Position numbers and translations under genes: made by a program | Notes under the pieces: model-generated | Databases searched by the model: none | What the model was told of the DNA's origin: nothing | The model's input: the letters and a program-made list of their open reading frames with translations, nothing else | In this document: positions 57,601-64,000 of the stretch, piece after piece | Numbering within the stretch: the first letter of the stretch is position 1 | How the letters are laid out: the number at the start of each line of letters is the position of its first letter | Assembly (NCBI GenBank): GCA_002269645.1 | Contig: NIVC01000459.1 | Location: 1-64,000 of the forward strand | Reading direction: 5' to 3' | DNA from: Macrostomum lignano | Lineage: Eukaryota | Length of the DNA: 64,000 nucleotides

Positions 57601-58472
57601 GGGGATTCAACAAGCTCTCTATACGGTACTAAAAATGGTTCCATGATAAGACTCGCTCTGATAAATTTTTCTGCCTCAAATTTTCTACTCCTATCACGTG
57701 ACTGGCACAGATGAAAACCACCTCAGTATGTTTCTGCCCCCCTGTCACGTGACTGGCACAGATGCAAAACCACCTCAGTATGTTTCTGCCCCCTGTCACG
57801 TGACTGGAACAGATGTAAAACCACCTCAGTATGTTTCTGCCCCTGTCACGTGACTGGCACAGATGAAAACCACCACAAGATGTTTTACCCCCTGTCACGT
57901 GACTGGCACAGATGAAAACCACCACAATATGTTTCGACCCCTGTCACGTGACTGGCACTGATAACAACCACCCAAATCACCCGGCCCAAGGAAGGGAAAG
58001 AAGGGGAGGGGAACCAACCATGTCCGCGATGAGGATTAGTGCAAAGCCGAACTTCACCATCACCTGGCTGGATGAGTTGAGCACAGGCCGGACGGCCGAG
58101 TCGTATCCGGCCAGAATCCGCCTCATCAGGGCCTGCTCATCGGGTACCGGCGCTCCGGCACCAGCAGAACAAAAATTCGGGGGAGAGAAGTACGCATTAA
58201 CGATGTCGCGTTGATTAGTAACTCACCAGCTGAGAGATTTGAATCAGAGCCAGCTGGAACCGGACTTCCACCGTGTTGCTGGCGTTAAACGTTGGCCTGG
58301 AGGCTGAGTCATAGTTCAGCATCAGCAGAGTGAGCAGTCGCTGCTCATCGGTACTGATATGCGGCATCGTCAGCTGCTGACAGCTGGCTGTCAAAGCGTA
58401 GTACCCTAGCAACGCCATAGCAACAAGCATGCCGCAACATTTCGCAGGCATGGCGCAATTTCTCTGGGGCAT
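51639..58472 (-). CDS. Nicotinic acetylcholine receptor subunit (Cys-loop, cation-type GEK motif, no vicinal Cys), ~487 aa
   Basis: Exons 58472-58227, 57351-57307 (45 nt), 57058-56949 (110 nt), 54074-53877, 53429-53351, 52938-52680, 52165-51639 join to 1464 nt in frame. Signal peptide, [31 protein letters not shown], Cys-loop [59 protein letters not shown]. Confidence 0.93.
52225..52555. repeat. ~25-bp minisatellite (TTCCAGCAGGATTGGCACCCCCCCT) in the last nAChR intron
   Basis: Tandem units with a variable C-run. Confidence 0.9.
53048..53240. repeat. (CTCTCC)n microsatellite
   Basis: Read directly. Confidence 0.92.
53448..53828. repeat. Perfect 16-bp minisatellite (ACTCATATAGACTCAG)
   Basis: About 24 identical units. 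Confidence 0.97.
54100..55825. repeat. 33-bp minisatellite (TAGGGATAGCGCCCCACAGCTATCAATACAGTG), ~52 copies
   Basis: The unit is a multiple of 3, which explains the 489-620 aa ORFs. Confidence 0.97.
56290..56970. repeat. 34-bp minisatellite made of the nAChR exon end + 5' splice site, ~20 copies
   Basis: Unit ATCTCACCTGTTGTACAGCACAATATCCGACATG = minus-strand ...GGATATTGTGCTGTACAACAG|GTGAGAT. Confidence 0.93.
57130..57240 (-). mobile_element. SINE central-domain fragment
   Basis: GGTGTACAGCGGCCCAGACT...GTACACTT...GCCTTGTGGGTTGGCC matches 60446-60515. Confidence 0.55.
57685..57960. repeat. ~50-bp minisatellite carrying the palindrome GTCACGTGAC, 6 copies
   Basis: CCCCTGTCACGTGACTGGCACAGATGAAAACCACC units. 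Confidence 0.88.
58019..58152 (-). CDS. Second, divergent copy of the nAChR N-terminal ligand-binding exon (candidate alternative exon)
   Basis: Stop-free [44 protein letters not shown]; donor ATG|GTTGGT in phase 0 at the same alignment position as the 58227 donor; pyrimidine tract and AG at 58153-58154 give phase-1 entry. Confidence 0.7.
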
Positions 58473-58914
58473 AACTATAGGTCGAACAGCAGGCAATATA
58501 ACTGAGCTATATTGTATATTATGCTCTGTTGAGCAGGTCCGATTCTGATTTGAGAATTTTTTTAAGCTAATCCCCCTCCCGAGTAGATTTTCCCTGCCGA
58601 GGTCTTGTCAGGTCATTGGTGGAGAGGGGCATGGACCTACTCTGGAAAGGGATTTTTACGCATGAATTTCGATTTGAGATACCGCAGCCCACAAGCCACG
58701 GTGGAACCCGGTCTCCCTGAACACGGCAGCACGAATTCATGCTGCGCATTGTGAGCTCAGCCTGACTTTTGTTTGCGAGGAAAGCCAAGTGGGGGTCTTT
58801 CAAATTCTTCTAGCTGGTCTGCGTGTGCTCGCTGGGCTTTCAATCGTGCCAGTGCAGCTGGCACTTCTATGCGGGCGATTGTGAAATGCTTTTGGAATGC
58901 TAAGGGAATGCGTG

Positions 58915-59378
58915 ATGGAATGAGGATGTGAATGGATGAGGATGTGAATGGATGAGGATGTGAATGGATGAGGATGTGAATGGATGAGGATGTGAATGGA
59001 TGAGGATGTGAATGGATGAGGGTGTGAATGAATGAGGATGTGAATGGATGAGGATGTGAATGGATGAGGATGTGAATGGATGAGGATGTGAATGGATGAG
59101 GATGTGAATGGATGAGGATGTGAATGGATGAGGATGTGAATGGATGAGGATGTGAATAGATGAGGATGTGAATGGATGAGGATGTGAATGGATGAGGATG
59201 TGAATGGATGAGGATGTGAATGGATGAGGGTGTGAATAGATGAGGATGTGAATGGATGAGGATGTGAATAGATGAGGATGTGAATGGATGAGGATGTGAA
59301 TGGATGACGATGTGAATGGATGACGATGTGAATGGATGAGGATGTGAATGGATGAGGATGTGAATAGATGAGGATGAT
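58915..59378. repeat. 16-bp minisatellite (GAGGATGTGAATGGAT)
   Basis: About 29 units. Confidence 0.95.
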
Positions 59379-60384
59379 AATTCAATAATTCAATTAATTC
59401 AGTAATAATTCAAGGATTACTTGCACTTTGAAGCACTTCCCAGCTCAAAAGTTTGAGAACGCGTTGCTTCAAACACACCAGTCAGCTGCACTCACCTGAC
59501 AATGCAGTCTGATTATTAAAGTTCAATGTGTACTCGCTGCCCAGTCCAGTGAGGTCGGCCGCAGAAGAGCCAGAACTGCTCACTAGCAGCGGCAGAACTA
59601 TGTGCAGCTTCAATGCAGCCTCAAGACCCAGTGCAGGCAGCATGCGGAAGCTGTGAGCTGGTGGCCTCGGCTCTTACAGAATCCTCTGCATGCCACGCTC
59701 CTCATCAGCAATATATTTGAAACCGTCCCAGTCTATTTTAAGACCGGCATTGCAAGAAACTGCTCCAATAATCCCTGGCGGGTCTCGAGCGGGTCACAGC
59801 TGGTTCGCAACTTTTATGTAAGTGAATTGGTTTTAGTGTTCAGTTCACTGCAACTGCCCAAGTGAATTGGCACACGTGGCAGCCATATCTATCTGATACT
59901 GTAAGTCTATTTCGCATTACTTGATTGCACGATTGAATTGGATGGCACTGTGAGAATGTGTCACTCGAAATCCACTTCAGATTGATTGCGATTTTTTATT
60001 TAGTATTTATTTTAAAGACCCTATTGTACTACTCATTAACAGTAGGACTATTCAGATATTTTTAATGCACAGCTTACAGAATTTCAACATCGATCCTGTT
60101 AATGATAAATTAAACAATTCGATAAAATATATTCGAATTTAAATAACTATTATGAAAAATGAAAAAATTGTCCAGTGAATACGCTAATAAAAGTTAAACT
60201 ATTTACAAAAACTTCAATAGAAAGCTACTGCAGGCATTATTCAAATAGCTTTTTGTCAAATTTATCGACTTTTAAGTCTAGACTGTCGTACACAGCATGC
60301 AATTCAAATTCGCGCCAAAACCCGGAAATATTAGATAACGATCAACGATTAACGATCAATTACTGCCCGTTCCGCCGACTCCCC

Positions 60385-60647
60385 TGAGCAGGCACACAAG
60401 CGCGCGGATACGTACGCAGTCATACGCACAGGCACAAACTCACACAGGTGTACAGCGGCCCTGACTATATTTCTCGTTAGGCATGTACACTTCACTGTGC
60501 CTTGGGGGTTGGCCTTTAAGGCCGTTAATTGCATGAGCAGAGCCAAGCCGAGTTCCAATTCAGCCCCAAATTAATGTGACTGCACTTGGAATCGAGCCTG
60601 GACCGCTGGCACATCAGAGCGCCGCGCCAGACCACTGGGCAACGCCC
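60385..60647 (-). mobile_element. Full-length tRNA-derived SINE (~265 bp)
   Basis: Minus strand: GGGCG-TTGCCCAGTGG (A box)...GGCTCGATTCC (B box), central GGCCAACCCCCAAGGCACAGTGAAGTGTACATGCC...CAGGGCCGCTGTACACC, GT-rich tail; related copies at 2665, 13718 and 57130. Confidence 0.78.
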
Positions 60648-61039
60648 TTCATGAAAGATTTTTATTGGCCTTCCATGTACACTTCCTATGGCGCTGGGCT
60701 AATGTACATTGCGGCAGCCCCAATTAGCAAGTTGTTTTATTTCTACAAGTCACTTAAAACTGTCTATCTTTTCATAAAAAAGCTTTCATATTCTTTCTTT
60801 GCTACTGAACTGAAGTAGCTCGAGAGATTTCCCAAGCATGCATGCATGAGAGGCCCATCTAGCTTTATTGGATCTGCAATCTATACTATATATACTACCT
60901 ATATAGTAAGTATGCAATCTATACTATTGCAATATATATACTACCTATATAGTAAGTATTTCTCTGTCACAAAGTTTCAACGACGGTGTTAAAGAACCTT
61001 AAATTTGGAGAGAAAAAATTTGGCGCGAATTTGAGCTCC

Positions 61040-62071
<1,032 letters not shown>

Positions 62072-63289
62072 CTGTGAAACCGTGTGCAATATATACTACT
62101 TATTATAATGAGAAAACAGTAGTAGAGTAAGTTTAGTAGGTTCCCCTTATTCTATCCTGTGTACTTCTAAATATACTAAATCTCTAATATTTGTACGTTT
62201 GTCCATAACGCTCTAGAGATTTACTAAATTCTAAATTTCTCAGCCCTGCGCTGTGAAACAGGTGCTGTATTTCGCATTGCACTACCTACAGTAGCTTTTT
62301 CCGCAAGTATCCCATCTTGGTTTTTAGGCTGGATTCCATTTAATTTATTGCGACCAAACAGGCGACCAAGTAAGCAGAAAAATTTAATTACACGTTGGGT
62401 CATAAAACTTAATTGGACTCCGCAGCAGATTAGTTTTGGCCAAAATTGGAGGCGGCTCTGAGCTCTTTTCGTGGTGGAGAGGGTTGTAAGAGTCGGACCA
62501 ATTTCCATTTCAATTTTTCAACCATTTTTTATAGAGCATACGGTTTATTATATGGTCAGGTACGAAAGTCCTATTTTGCGAGTTAAATCATAAAGATAAG
62601 GCCTGAGGATTAGAAAAGGACCGCCTGAGGATTTGGAGGCTGCACTTTTCAAAAAAGTTCCTCTTCGAAGCGCGGATTGGAAATTTCCACGAGACGTACA
62701 TCGGGTGGTGGGACGTGGGGAAATCCCCGTAGTTTTCCAAGCTTTGGTCGTCCATTTTTCTGGTCAGGCTGGCTTCATAAGACCCCGAATCGCATTCTGT
62801 AGCTTTGGCTGAGGGTCTGTCTATCAAGACATTGCAATATGCTGACCGGCGCCGCAACTTCTGAGTGACAACTACAGCGGAGGTTGAGGGGGTGACTGGA
62901 TAAGGAGGGATAGTACAGTGCGGGACGTTTGACCAGCAACAGCAGCTGCTGCTTTACTATAGCTAGCTTGAGTGCGAGCTGTGACCATAAGCTTATGGGC
63001 TTAGCTAAGCAGGTTTTCTTAACTGAAAAGAGCTGGGGGACCGGTAAGGAACGCATGTCGTGTAGAGAACCCATAGAGGCTTCCCTGCCATAGCGCTGAA
63101 AGGGTTTTGCCATAGACAAATCCGGTGTCTCCAGTATGCTAGCTAATTGAGTGCAATAGCAATACGACAAATATGTTTCTTACTGGCCCCAGCTTATTTC
63201 TAAGAAACCAACAAGAGTCCTAATTTAGTTGCCTATAGGTGTTTCACCACCTTATCTTATCGATGTATCACAAAATATGCGGAATATGT

Positions 63290-64000
63290 TTTGGCAGTCT
63301 GTCAGTGGTCTATCCCCCAGATCTCCCTGTCTGTCAGTGGTCTATCCCCCCCAGATCTCACTGTGTGTCTGTGATCTATCCCCCCAGATCTCACTGTCTA
63401 TCAGTGGTCTATCCCCCCAGATCTTACTGTGTGGCTGTGATCTATCCTCCCAGATCTCACTGTGTGTCTGTGATCTATCCCCCCAGATCTTACTGTGTGT
63501 CTGTGATCTATCCTCCCAGATCTCACTGTGTGTCTGTGATCTATCCCCCAGATCTCACTGTCTATCAGTGGTCTATCCCCCCAGATCTTACTGTGTGTCT
63601 GTGATCTATCCCCCCAGATCTTACTGTGTGTCTGTGATCTATCCTCCCAGATCTCACTGTGTGTCTGTGATCTATCCCCCAGATCTCACTGTCTATCAGT
63701 GGTCTATCCCCCCAGATCTCACTGTGTGTCTGTGATCTATCCCCCCAGATCTTACTGTGTGTCTGTGATCTATCCTCCCAGATCTCACTGTGTGTCTGTG
63801 ATCTATCCCCCAGATCTCACTGTCTATCAGTGGTCTATCCCCCCAGATCTCACTGTGTGTTTGTGATCTATCCCACCAGATCTTACTGTGTGTCTGTGAT
63901 CTATCCCCCCAGATCTCACTGTGTGTCTGTGATCTATCCCCCCAGATCTCACTGTGTGTCTGTGATCTATCCCCCCAGATCTCACTGTCTATCAGTGGTC
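63290..64000. repeat. ~32-bp minisatellite (CCCCAGATCTCACTGTGTGTCTGTGATCTAT), runs off the window end
   Basis: Tandem units read directly. Confidence 0.93.

Noticed and set aside
62588-63170. Upstream exons of the RING-TM gene
   Set aside because: The ORFs are plausible, but I could not find a phase-1 donor matching the 62071 acceptor, so they are not called.

Overview
Eukaryotic (animal) genomic DNA with GC-rich spliced exons and introns filled with unrelated minisatellites. The style suggests a free-living flatworm such as Macrostomum; this is inference and cannot be proven from the window. 1-28.4 kb: five co-oriented + strand housekeeping genes (3' part of NAA15 with four single-base frameshifts and an intronic tRNA-Pro(CGG), RPL30, SPF45/RBM17, a ZC3H13/Flacc-like gene, UNC-45). 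Within and between them are six box C/D RNA candidates in two three-copy families. One family carries guides matching 18S rRNA. The other carries a guide complementary to the branch-point-recognition region of U2 snRNA, and two of its copies sit in introns of an apparently non-coding mini-exon unit. 34.4-47.5 kb: two tandem paralogues of an unusual caspase-family gene (unknown N-terminal alpha/beta domain + caspase domain with NACR instead of QACR and Gly at the Arg341 S1 position + TRAF-type zinc finger + coiled coil), separated by a decayed RTE-like LINE and a foldback element. 48.7-50.1 kb: interleaved inverted repeats with a THAP remnant. 51.6-58.5 kb, - strand: a cation-type nicotinic acetylcholine receptor subunit with no vicinal loop-C cysteines, a duplicated N-terminal exon and a minisatellite made of ~20 copies of one of its own splice donors. 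61-62 kb, - strand: a partial RING-variant + 2-TM gene. Also tRNA-derived SINEs (one CORE-like) and ~28 tandem arrays, which explain almost all long ORFs in the supplied track. All family and target assignments come from remembered motifs, not database searches.
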